Part shown: positions 28,974-38,290 of the stretch, piece after piece | Layout of the letters: the number at the start of each line of letters is the position of its first letter | Position numbering within the stretch: the stretch's first letter is position 1 | From: a virus | Reading direction: 5' to 3' (one strand) | Virus record (IMG/VR): IMGVR_UViG_3300035193_000030 | Location: 1 to 64,000 of that record | Length of the DNA stretch: 64,000 nt | The notes under the pieces: generated by a model | Seen by the model: only the letters and a program-made list of their open reading frames with translations | The model's database searches: none | What the model was told of the DNA's origin: nothing | Program-made: the position numbers and the translations under genes

Positions 28974-29797
28974 TGATAGATTTTATTACAGGGGAAAAGT
29001 TTATTAGTATTGCAGATCATGTATTCTCAATCGATGATCAAAAGGAATGTAATTATATAAAAAATACTTTTGGGAATAAGAGAGTAATGCAGAATGATAT
29101 TATCTATACTCATACTAAATATGTAGGTGAATTGTTTAAAGAAATTGGAAAACTTTTAGTAGACGTTATTGTAATTACCCATAATTCAGATACAAATGTA
29201 GGGTATCAATTTGTTGTGCCGGAAAATGTAAAAAAGTGGTATACAATGAATGTTATCTGTGTAAATGATAAAATACAATCTATCCCTATTGGTTTGGAAA
29301 ATGATAAATGGTTTCCAAGAATAAAGAAGAAAGAGAAGATGATTGAGAAGATGAAAGAAAGAAAACAAACAAAAGGATTATTGTATGTAAACCATAATAT
29401 CAATACTAATCCAATTGAACGAAAAAAAGTGTATCATGTGTTTGAAGGGAAATGTAAATGTTGGTGTACAATTGAACATGGGGTAAATGGGAAAGGGTTT
29501 GAAGGATATATAGATAACGTATATAATCATTATTTTGTAGCTTGCCCGGAAGGAAACGGCATAGATACGGTTCGTTTGTGGGAAACATTATATATGAATA
29601 CTATTCCGATTGTTAAGAAAAATATAAATACAGATTACTATAAGGATTTTCCAATTTGTTTTATTAATAATTGGGAAGATGTTAATGAAGAATTTCTTAT
29701 AGGCGAATATAGTAAGATAAAGGGTAAAACGTGGGACTATAATAAATTATTATTTAATTATTGGAAAAAATTGATACAGGATGAAAAATATAAATAA
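28973..29797 (+). CDS. Exostosin/GT47-like glycosyltransferase
   Basis: THNSD, IPIGLEN, CPEGNGIDTVRLWETLY..TIPIV. Confidence 0.75.
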   Translation: MIDFITGEKFISIADHVFSIDDQKECNYIKNTFGNKRVMQNDIIYTHTKYVGELFKEIGKLLVDVIVITHNSDTNVGYQFVVPENVKKWYTMNVICVNDKIQSIPIGLENDKWFPRIKKKEKMIEKMKERKQTKGLLYVNHNINTNPIERKKVYHVFEGKCKCWCTIEHGVNGKGFEGYIDNVYNHYFVACPEGNGIDTVRLWETLYMNTIPIVKKNINTDYYKDFPICFINNWEDVNEEFLIGEYSKIKGKTWDYNKLLFNYWKKLIQDEKYK

Positions 29798-30371
29798 CAC
29801 ATATATTGATTTAATTCCAGATGAATCTAAAGAGTCTTATTTACTTTGGGAAAAAGGAAGAGATACAATCGCTTTTAGTTCACATCAACCCGTACTTATT
29901 CATTTACTGAATACAATAAAGAAAGGAGATGTTTTAGAATTTGGGATGGGGGAAAATAGTACAAGAATACTACATACTATATGTGGGATGCAAGGAAGAA
30001 GATTGATTTCAATTGATACGAATAAGAAATGGTTTTCTAAATTTAAAAAGTATGAGAGGGAATGGCATGAAATGAAATTATTTGATGTTGATGATTTGAA
30101 GACATGGGAAGATTTATTATTTAAAACATATTACTCAATAGTATTTATAGATGGGGCTCCTGCGGAAGTTAGACAGCCATTTATAGAACACATAAATGCA
30201 GATTATTATATTGTACATGATACAGAAGGTGTAGTGAAAGGAAAAATGGATGCATATTTATATAATTTTTCAAAATTTAACCATGTGTTCCATTTTAAAA
30301 CAAAACCGCCAATGACTTCTGTTTTATCAAATTTAGAAGAGATAAATAAAGAAATTTTAAATATTTTTTAA
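29781..30371 (+). CDS. Class I SAM-dependent methyltransferase-like
   Basis: VLEFGMGENST, VFIDG, IVHDTE. Confidence 0.7.
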   Translation: MKNINNTYIDLIPDESKESYLLWEKGRDTIAFSSHQPVLIHLLNTIKKGDVLEFGMGENSTRILHTICGMQGRRLISIDTNKKWFSKFKKYEREWHEMKLFDVDDLKTWEDLLFKTYYSIVFIDGAPAEVRQPFIEHINADYYIVHDTEGVVKGKMDAYLYNFSKFNHVFHFKTKPPMTSVLSNLEEINKEILNIF

Positions 30372-30373
30372 GA

Positions 30374-31627
30374 ATGAAAACAATTGTATTGGTTCTGCGA
30401 AGTGGAGGGGATTTTAAATTTTGTGATGTTTTACTAATTAAACACCACATTTTAAAAAATTGGGGAAAAGGTAAACCGAGAATAATTTGTTTCTGGGATA
30501 AAGCTTCTATAAAATATGATTTAGGAGATATAGAAATAATACCATTAGAAACAAAATTACGAGGGACATGGTCTAGGATGTTATTATATAGCCCTGAAAT
30601 GGAACAATATAAACCATTTCTGTATTTAGACTTAGACACAGCCGTTTTTGGAAAATTACAAGATTTAATAGGATTTGTTGAAGCTCATTATAAAGATAAA
30701 TTTATTGCATTAGAAGATTTTTATCAGAAAAATAGATTAGCTACTGGAATTGTTTGGTTTCCCGCAAATTGCAGTAAAACAAAAAAAGTTTGGCAATTTT
30801 GGTGTAAACGAGGAAATGCTGCAGGAAATAGAATGGATTATTTTCTGAGGAAGATACTAAAACCAGATTTATTTTGGCAGAATATAACAAACAGAATCTA
30901 TGATTTTAAACCACACAATACGATATTAAAGGTATTACCAGAGGATACTTTATTAATTTGTTTCCATGGAAAGCCAAGAATATTTAATGCTAATGTAGAT
31001 TGGGTAAAGAAATATGTGGATGATTGTTTTATTAGTTATAAGATAACTGTAATAATCCCATATAAAGAAGATAGGGGGTGGTTGGAAGCAGCAATAAGGA
31101 GTGTCCCTGCCAATGTTCAATTATTAATATCACAAGGAGAAGGAAATTGGCCTGAAAATTTTAATAAAGTTCTACCACAGGTACAAGGGAAATATGTTAA
31201 ATTCTTACATGAAGATGATATGCTTACTGAAAATTGTATTGAGGATTCTGTGAGAACTATTGAGGAACAAGATGTAGATTTTATACATGGGAATGCCGTA
31301 GAAAAGTATATGAAAGGGGGGTATGGGAAATATATTCCTTCTATTAAACGGCCTACTATTTCTGATCTTATGAAAAAAAATGTAATTCATAGTGTTACTT
31401 TAATGTATAAGAAAGAGATCTTTGACAAGATTGGAGGATTTGATGAAACATTAAATACACAAGAAGAATATGAGTTTAATTTACGATGCTTAAAAGCAGG
31501 GTTTAAAATAGGATATTGTGATTGTGAATTGGGTATTTATCGAAGACACCCAAAGCAAAAAGTACGGATTGTGTCAAAACAAGATAAGGTAAAAGAAAAA
31601 GAACTTGTAAATGAAAAATATTCGTGA
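30374..31627 (+). CDS. Two-domain glycosyltransferase (GT8-like + GT2)
   Basis: LVLRSGG, LYLDLDT, FHGKPR; then TVIIP, FLHEDD, IGGFDE, EEYEFNLR. Confidence 0.85.
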   Translation: MKTIVLVLRSGGDFKFCDVLLIKHHILKNWGKGKPRIICFWDKASIKYDLGDIEIIPLETKLRGTWSRMLLYSPEMEQYKPFLYLDLDTAVFGKLQDLIGFVEAHYKDKFIALEDFYQKNRLATGIVWFPANCSKTKKVWQFWCKRGNAAGNRMDYFLRKILKPDLFWQNITNRIYDFKPHNTILKVLPEDTLLICFHGKPRIFNANVDWVKKYVDDCFISYKITVIIPYKEDRGWLEAAIRSVPANVQLLISQGEGNWPENFNKVLPQVQGKYVKFLHEDDMLTENCIEDSVRTIEEQDVDFIHGNAVEKYMKGGYGKYIPSIKRPTISDLMKKNVIHSVTLMYKKEIFDKIGGFDETLNTQEEYEFNLRCLKAGFKIGYCDCELGIYRRHPKQKVRIVSKQDKVKEKELVNEKYS

Positions 31628-32324
31628 GAAATTACATATGCCTATATTGGTTACAGGAGTAGAACGATCAGGTATTTCTATTGTTGCGAGGATATTGCAT
31701 AGATGTGGAGTATTTACGGGGGGGGTAACAGAAATGTTTGAAAATAATGAATTACGAAAGTTGACAAATAGATATTATGAGCATATGCAGATACCGATAG
31801 AAGGGCAATATCCATTACCAGATACTAATAATGTATTGATTCCTGTAAATTGGGAAGAAGATGTTTTAGAATCTATGATAATGCAAGGATATGATACATC
31901 TTCTTATTGGATGTATAAAAGTTCTAGAATTTGTCAAATATGGCCTATTTGGAATTATGCTTTCCCAAATGCAAAATGGGTTATAGTACGAAGAAGAACA
32001 GGAGATATTATCAATTCCTGCGTTAGAACTGGTTTTATGAAAGCATTTAAAGATGAACGAATAAGAAATAAAATAAATGTAAAAAAAGAAGAAGAAGGTT
32101 GGTTATGGTGGATACACAACCATGAAAAATTATTTGTAGAAATGATTGAAGAAGGTGTGAATTGTAAGATTGTGTGGCCTGAAAGAATGTTATATGGAGA
32201 CTATTCTCAGATATATGACTTGCTGGATTGGGTGGGGGTTCAATGGAAGAAGGAATTAATAGAAGAAGTAGAATCATTATTATGTAAAACAAAAAATAAA
32301 AAGAATAAATCATGGCACGGGTAA
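31611..32324 (+). CDS. Sulfotransferase-like P-loop protein
   Basis: ILVTGVERSGIS (PAPS-binding-like), W.YK, FPNAKWVIVRR...IINS. Confidence 0.7.
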   Translation: MKNIREKLHMPILVTGVERSGISIVARILHRCGVFTGGVTEMFENNELRKLTNRYYEHMQIPIEGQYPLPDTNNVLIPVNWEEDVLESMIMQGYDTSSYWMYKSSRICQIWPIWNYAFPNAKWVIVRRRTGDIINSCVRTGFMKAFKDERIRNKINVKKEEEGWLWWIHNHEKLFVEMIEEGVNCKIVWPERMLYGDYSQIYDLLDWVGVQWKKELIEEVESLLCKTKNKKNKSWHG

Positions 32325-32683
32325 CAACAGAAGAAGTAAAAGAAATTATTAGTACAGATTTAGAAGATATTATAATTGATGTATATATTACTGGGGCAAA
32401 TCAAATCGTATCTTCCAAATTAGCTAATAGTGGTTTATCTACAGCAACGTTGAAAGAAATAGAACGCTGGTTAACAGCACATATGATTGCTAATACAAAG
32501 AATAGAATGACCGTGAAAGAGAAATTAGGGGAAGCTTCTATAGAATATATAGTAGGAAAATATGGAAGTGGTTTATCTTCCACTCCTTACGGTCAGACAG
32601 TTTTATTGTTAGATACTTCTGGAATATTGGGTTCTTCGGGGAAAAGAGCAGCTTCTATTACTGCAATACGTAGTTTTGATTAA
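32312..32683 (+). CDS. Head-tail adaptor
   Basis: EIERWLTAH, LSSTPYGQ..LLLD.SG. Confidence 0.75.
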   Translation: MARVTTEEVKEIISTDLEDIIIDVYITGANQIVSSKLANSGLSTATLKEIERWLTAHMIANTKNRMTVKEKLGEASIEYIVGKYGSGLSSTPYGQTVLLLDTSGILGSSGKRAASITAIRSFD

Positions 32684-32695
32684 AAATTTGAAATA

Positions 32696-33085
32696 ATGAG
32701 TATAATAGATTTTATAGCAGAAAAATGTGTCCAAACAGCCGTATATTGGGGAAATCCTCAAAACGATGGTAGTGGAGGATTGATATTTGATGATCCTATA
32801 GAAATAAATTGTATGTGGGAGGATGTTATACGACAAGTGGAAGATAAATCTGTAAAGGATACAGCAGAGATATTTGTATCAAAATCTCAGGTATTTGTCT
32901 TACAAGATGTAGATGAGGGGGGGTACTTATATCTTGGTACTCTTGATGACTTGTATGATGTTGCAGAAAGCAGTACTACTACATTAGATCCATTAGGGAT
33001 AAAAGAAGCGTATATGATACGAAAAAAAGGGAAGATTCCCAGATTAGGTTCTTCTACTGAATTTATAAGAATGGCTTATTTATAA
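32696..33085 (+). CDS. Head closure protein
   Basis: QTAVYW...D.PIEI.C.WED; synteny. Confidence 0.65.
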   Translation: MSIIDFIAEKCVQTAVYWGNPQNDGSGGLIFDDPIEINCMWEDVIRQVEDKSVKDTAEIFVSKSQVFVLQDVDEGGYLYLGTLDDLYDVAESSTTTLDPLGIKEAYMIRKKGKIPRLGSSTEFIRMAYL

Positions 33086-33099
33086 AAAAGAATAAAAAG

Positions 33100-33510
33100 A
33101 TGGCATATACAAATATAAAAGGATTTGATAAGGTGCTTAGAAATTTAAGTAGGGAAATACAGCAGATAAAAGGCAATTCTATGCAAGGGTTAATTGAATC
33201 TGCGGCACTTATTCGTAGAGATATGGATAAAACTCCCCCAGTGATTCCGGTAGATACAAATCATTTGCGAGGATCATATTATTCCCAACCTATTTATAGT
33301 GGAAGAAGAATGGGGGTGATAATGGGGTTTACAGCAAATTACGCAATGATTGTACATGAAAGAGTAGAAGGGGCTAAATGGGGAAGTGGTGTTGTGGGTG
33401 TTGTTCGTTGGAGCAGGCCAGGAAGTGGGCCTAAATTTTTTGAAGCATCAATAAAAAGAAATAAAGGAAATATTTTAGCTATAATTGCAAAAAGGGCAAA
33501 AGTTAGATGA
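33100..33510 (+). CDS. HK97 gp10-like neck/tail completion protein
   Basis: PVDT..LRGS, YA..VHE, KFFE. Confidence 0.75.
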   Translation: MAYTNIKGFDKVLRNLSREIQQIKGNSMQGLIESAALIRRDMDKTPPVIPVDTNHLRGSYYSQPIYSGRRMGVIMGFTANYAMIVHERVEGAKWGSGVVGVVRWSRPGSGPKFFEASIKRNKGNILAIIAKRAKVR

Positions 33511-33905
33511 ATGCAACAAGTGTAGATATAAAAGATATATTGGAACAAGATAGTTTTTTAGGTTTAGTATATGCAGATAATCTTTTTATAGGGTTAGAAC
33601 CTAATGAACCGATTAATTGTGTTGTTATTTTTGATACACCTGGATTTCCCCCTCAATTAACACTAGATAAGGTTGCAACAATTTATGAGTACCCATCTGT
33701 ACAGGTGAGGGTAAGAAATTCAAATTATATTGATGGTTGGAATTTGATACAAAGCATAATGACTTCATTACATGGCCGGGCGCAAGAGACATGGAATGGA
33801 ACATTATATTCTGTTATTTACTGCTCTAGTGGCCCTGCCTTGCTAGATTGGGATGATAACAGACGTCCACGTTTTATTGCTAATTTTAATATACAAAGGA
33901 GGTAA
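33507..33905 (+). CDS. Tail terminator protein
   Basis: PSVQVRVR, D.N.RP.F..NF; synteny. Confidence 0.7.
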   Translation: MNATSVDIKDILEQDSFLGLVYADNLFIGLEPNEPINCVVIFDTPGFPPQLTLDKVATIYEYPSVQVRVRNSNYIDGWNLIQSIMTSLHGRAQETWNGTLYSVIYCSSGPALLDWDDNRRPRFIANFNIQRR

Positions 33906-33908
33906 AAG

Positions 33909-34349
33909 ATGAGTACAAATGCTTTTGCTGGTGTTGGAACTAAGTTTCGGAGATGGAGTACAAGTGAAGGAGAATGGGAAGACATTGCCGAGATCAATTC
34001 CATTACCGGGCCTGGCATGTCCAGGGATACGATAGATGTAACCTCTTTGGATTCAACAGGGGGTTATCGTGAATTTATCACAGGGTTTCGTAATCCAGGA
34101 ACAATCACTTTGGCTATGAACTTTTCACGGGTTACATATGATCTGATGAAAGCGGATTTTGAAAGTGATACGTTGCAGAATTATGAGATAATTCTACCTG
34201 ATGTTGAAGAAACTACATTGGAATTTGAAGGCTTAGTTACTGAATTGCCTTTAAGCATCCCACCAGATGATAAGGTGACGGCTGATGTGACAATTCAGAT
34301 AAGTGGTCAGGTGACAATCAATAGTGGTTCTGCAGCATCGGTTGTTTAA
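33909..34349 (+). CDS. Major tail tube protein
   Basis: ITGPGMSRDTIDVTSLDS.GGYREFI.G.R.PG. Confidence 0.85.
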   Translation: MSTNAFAGVGTKFRRWSTSEGEWEDIAEINSITGPGMSRDTIDVTSLDSTGGYREFITGFRNPGTITLAMNFSRVTYDLMKADFESDTLQNYEIILPDVEETTLEFEGLVTELPLSIPPDDKVTADVTIQISGQVTINSGSAASVV

Positions 34350-34418
34350 AATTTTAATATGCCTAATCAGGGTATATCTTTATAAAAATAATTATTAATA
34401 ATTAAAAAAATTAATTAA

Positions 34419-34862
34419 ATGGTATTCATGTCAAAGCAAACAAAAGGTATTTTGAATAGGGAACAACTATTGCAAAAGAGAGTATTAAAAATTGAAAAAG
34501 TAAGTTTAGAAGATGGTAATTTTATTTATGTAAGACAGATGACCGGGACTGAACGAGATACTTTTGAACATTCCATTATGGAAGTGAAAAGGGAAAACAA
34601 TAATATTCGTATAGAACAGAAGACAGAATATTTTCGTTCTAAGTTGGCCGTAGTTACGATATGTGATGAAAAAGGAGAATTATTATTAAAACCGGATGAT
34701 TATAAAACGCTGAGTGATAGTATTAGTGCAAAAGATTTAGAATCTATTGTAAATGCTGCTCAAAAATTGAATAAAATTTCTCCAGAAGATAAGGAGGAAA
34801 TAGTAAAAAACTTAGGAGCCGGCCTGACCGGCAATTCTACTTCCGTCTCTGTAGGGAATTAG
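34419..34862 (+). CDS. Tail assembly chaperone (G)
   Basis: Lies between tube and TMP; contains the slippery heptamer. Confidence 0.8.
   Translation: MVFMSKQTKGILNREQLLQKRVLKIEKVSLEDGNFIYVRQMTGTERDTFEHSIMEVKRENNNIRIEQKTEYFRSKLAVVTICDEKGELLLKPDDYKTLSDSISAKDLESIVNAAQKLNKISPEDKEEIVKNLGAGLTGNSTSVSVGN
34805..34811 (+). other. Programmed -1 frameshift site A-AAA-AAC
   Basis: The -1 frame reads KKLRSRPDRQFYFRLCRELGIIHPDFLLDVLTAEQLAEW, continuous with 34892..35215. Confidence 0.85.
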
Positions 34863-35215
34863 GAATAATACACCCTGATTTTCTATTAGATGTGCTTACG
34901 GCAGAACAATTGGCTGAGTGGGAGGCTTATGATAAGATTGATCCAATTGGTATGTGGCGTATAGAGTATAATGTTGCTAATTTGTGTGCTAACATGATAA
35001 ATATTGCAAATGCTATTTATACTAAGAAAGGGCACAAACCTAAAATAAGTTCCCCCGTTGATTTTATGCCTGACTGGGCGGGGGATTTAGCAAGATTTAA
35101 AGAAAGAAAGAAACAAACGGTAGAAGAGCAAAAAGCAATATTATTAGGAATTGCAGCAAATAGTAGAAATAATAAGACGTTTAGGAGCAGAAAAGAACTA
35201 AAAAAAGGTAAATAA
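34806..35215 (+). CDS. Tail assembly chaperone frameshift extension (T part of GT)
   Basis: Open -1 frame from the slippery site; EWEAY..IDP motif. Confidence 0.8.
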
Positions 35216-35216
35216 A

Positions 35217-38200
35217 ATGAATCTAGGGACTTTATATGCCTCATTAGTGGTAGACGCAACTGGGTTGTTGAAAGCTGAACAAAAGATGAAACAATTCCAA
35301 CAAAGTGCCATGCAGAATTTTAATATGGTACAGAAAAGGTTGGAAAGCACATCTCAAAGTCTTAAACAATTTGGGCATGAAGCTACCCGTGCTTTCACAT
35401 TACCAATAGCATTGGCCGGTGGGGTTGCTGTAAAAACGTTTACTAATTATGAAACAGCACTAGCACATATTGTTGGATTAACAGGAACATCTGCTAAATT
35501 GACAATGCAATGGAGTGAGGAGCTGCAAAAATTAGGTTCGTCAATGGGACAGACCCCTCAGAAATTAGCAGATGCCCTTTATTTTATTGCCTCTTCTGGT
35601 ATTGAAGATGCTTATGCAATGGATGTACTTACGGAATCAGCTAAAGCTGCTACTGCCGGATTAGGGGAAGTGGCGGATATAGCTGATTTGGTTACAGGGG
35701 CTTTGAATGCTTACGGGCCTGAAAATATTACGGCTGCACAAACAGTAGATGCTTTAACAGCAGCAGTAAGGGAAGGGAAGGCAGAAGCAACAGAAATGGC
35801 TCATGCTATTGGTTTTGTTATTCCAAATGCGGCACAGATGGGAATTTCATTTGATCAAGTTGCGGCTTCATTAGCTGCAATGACTGCAGTTAATATTAAA
35901 ACAAATACAGCAGCATGGTATCTGCGACAAATATTAATGAATTTGTTGAAACCTTCACAACAGGCTGAGGATGCTTTATCATCATTTGGGACTAGTAGTG
36001 CCCATTTACGAGATGTAATAAAAGAACCAAATGGTTTATTGAAGGCTTTAGGGGAAATAAATGATCTTACTGTAAAATTTGGGGAAGATGCAGTTGCAAA
36101 AGTATTTCCAGAGGTAAGGGCATTAACTGGATTTCTAGCTTTAATGGGAAAGAATTTAGAACATAATAAACTTATATTTGATTTGGTTGCTAATTCGGCA
36201 GGTGATACAGATTATGCTTTTAATGTGGTTTCAGAAACTTTAAAATTCCAATTTAATCAAGCTGTAAGTGATTTACGAATTGGATTAATTGCATTAGGGA
36301 AAAGTATGAAAGAATCTCTTATTCCAATAATACAAGGATTTAGAGAGCAAATAATGAAGCTTACGGAATGGTATACTAATTTAACTGAAACACAGCAAAA
36401 ATGGATTTTACGAATAGGCGCATTATTAGCGATTATAGGACCCGTTTCTATTGCTTTAGGCACATTACTAAGTATTTTTGCACGATTAATTCCTGTTATC
36501 AGTGCTATAACATCTACAGTAACTTTATTAATTTCTACATTGGCTGTGAATCCTTTTGTAGCTTTAGGTTTAGCTTTAGCAACTTTAACAGCATATATGA
36601 TTTCGTATAAAGGAAGTTTATTTTCTGCAAGAGATGCTCAAAAAGAGTTTAATAATGAAATAGAAAAGTTTCAAAAACAAAGACAAGATATTACATATAA
36701 TAAGAGTGCAGAGCAGATTAAAAAATTGATAGGTGTTTATACAGAATTAGGAAAAACGCAATTGGAAATTCTTTCAACAAATATTAAAAAACAAATAGAT
36801 TTATTTCAAAGTTCTGGAGCTGATATTATTGCCTTAAAAAAAGCAGAACAAAAAAAATTAAAAGAATTAGAAGAACAGTATACAGTTGCATTAGGTATTG
36901 AAAATAGTTTACGATTTAGTGATAGACGTAAAGAATTTCGTGAAGCTGAGGAAATAACAAAAAAATATGTGGCTAAAATAAATGAACAGAAAAAACAGTT
37001 ATATGAAATAGGGTATCAACAATTTGCAAATGATAAAGAATTACAAGAATATGAGAATGCTTACAAAAGGGTCATTGAAAGAATAGAAAAGTTACAAAAA
37101 AATATTTTGTCTGAAGGGGGAAATATAAAACCAATATATACAGAGGCTCAATTAGACGTATTAAAAAAATTAGAGGAAGGAGAAAAGACACTTTCAATTT
37201 TAAGTAGATTATTAGGTAGTGATTTTGATTATTTGACAGAACGTAGCAATTTATTGAATGCTATTCTTAGAGAGATGGCTGAAGCAAGATTCCCTGAATT
37301 AGATAAAAATATGGTAAATACTAAAAATGAGATTAAAGATTTAAATAAACAAATAAGTATAGAATATGAAACATTAAAGAAATTAGGAAAAGAATTACAA
37401 GGGTTACAAACAGTTGAATTTGTTACAGGTAAAAGTACAGGGGCAGAACAATTACAAGCTTATAAAAAAACATTGGAAGAATTGGCTGTAGCTGGTAATC
37501 TTTCCGTATGGTCAATGATATATTTGTCAAACCAAATAGCAATGTTGGAATCACAATTTGGGGAAACGGCACAAGCACAAAAAGAATTAAATGAACAATG
37601 GAAGAGAGTTGGGTTAGGGCTTGGTACTTCATTAGCAGATCAATATCAGATAATCTATGAGAAAATACAATTAATAAATTCCCAAATTGATCTATTGAAA
37701 AGTAAAGAATTTATTACTACAAAAGATATTGAGGATATAGAAAAATATAATAGTCAGCTTAAGAATTTGGAGGCACAATTACAAGCATTAGATTTACAAA
37801 AGCAAGTATTTCAGATAATTGGACAATCTATTGTGCAGATGACAGATCAGATGGGGAGTGCCCTTGCTGAGGGGGCTAGTGTTTTTGATGTTTTTGCTGA
37901 ATCAATTTTAAGTACAGCACAGAAAGTAATACAAACATTACTTATGGAAGCAATAGCTACATTATACCTTACAGGAGCATCAAAAGGATTGCTCGGATTA
38001 GCTGCTGCTTCTATAGGAGTTAGTTTTCTATTAGCATCATTTAAAAAGTTGAGGTCACAAACACAAGAAGTTGCTAAAATGGCTGGTGGAGGAAAAGTTC
38101 CACCGGGATATCCAAATGATACATATCCAGCATTATTATCTTCTGGTGAGGTGGTAACCCCCCCTGACAAATTAGATTCACTTATTGGTAGGGCTCATAT

Positions 38201-38288
38201 TACGGTGGAAGTTGTAGGGGTGGCTAAAGGGGAAGATTTACATTATGTAATGAAACAGGTTGAAAAACGTTATAAAAATAGCTTCTAA
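35217..38288 (+). CDS. Tape measure protein
   Basis: 1023 aa, Ala-rich helical TP901-type region plus coiled coils; follows the chaperones. Confidence 0.9.
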   Translation: MNLGTLYASLVVDATGLLKAEQKMKQFQQSAMQNFNMVQKRLESTSQSLKQFGHEATRAFTLPIALAGGVAVKTFTNYETALAHIVGLTGTSAKLTMQWSEELQKLGSSMGQTPQKLADALYFIASSGIEDAYAMDVLTESAKAATAGLGEVADIADLVTGALNAYGPENITAAQTVDALTAAVREGKAEATEMAHAIGFVIPNAAQMGISFDQVAASLAAMTAVNIKTNTAAWYLRQILMNLLKPSQQAEDALSSFGTSSAHLRDVIKEPNGLLKALGEINDLTVKFGEDAVAKVFPEVRALTGFLALMGKNLEHNKLIFDLVANSAGDTDYAFNVVSETLKFQFNQAVSDLRIGLIALGKSMKESLIPIIQGFREQIMKLTEWYTNLTETQQKWILRIGALLAIIGPVSIALGTLLSIFARLIPVISAITSTVTLLISTLAVNPFVALGLALATLTAYMISYKGSLFSARDAQKEFNNEIEKFQKQRQDITYNKSAEQIKKLIGVYTELGKTQLEILSTNIKKQIDLFQSSGADIIALKKAEQKKLKELEEQYTVALGIENSLRFSDRRKEFREAEEITKKYVAKINEQKKQLYEIGYQQFANDKELQEYENAYKRVIERIEKLQKNILSEGGNIKPIYTEAQLDVLKKLEEGEKTLSILSRLLGSDFDYLTERSNLLNAILREMAEARFPELDKNMVNTKNEIKDLNKQISIEYETLKKLGKELQGLQTVEFVTGKSTGAEQLQAYKKTLEELAVAGNLSVWSMIYLSNQIAMLESQFGETAQAQKELNEQWKRVGLGLGTSLADQYQIIYEKIQLINSQIDLLKSKEFITTKDIEDIEKYNSQLKNLEAQLQALDLQKQVFQIIGQSIVQMTDQMGSALAEGASVFDVFAESILSTAQKVIQTLLMEAIATLYLTGASKGLLGLAAASIGVSFLLASFKKLRSQTQEVAKMAGGGKVPPGYPNDTYPALLSSGEVVTPPDKLDSLIGRAHITVEVVGVAKGEDLHYVMKQVEKRYKNSF

Positions 38289-38290
38289 AA

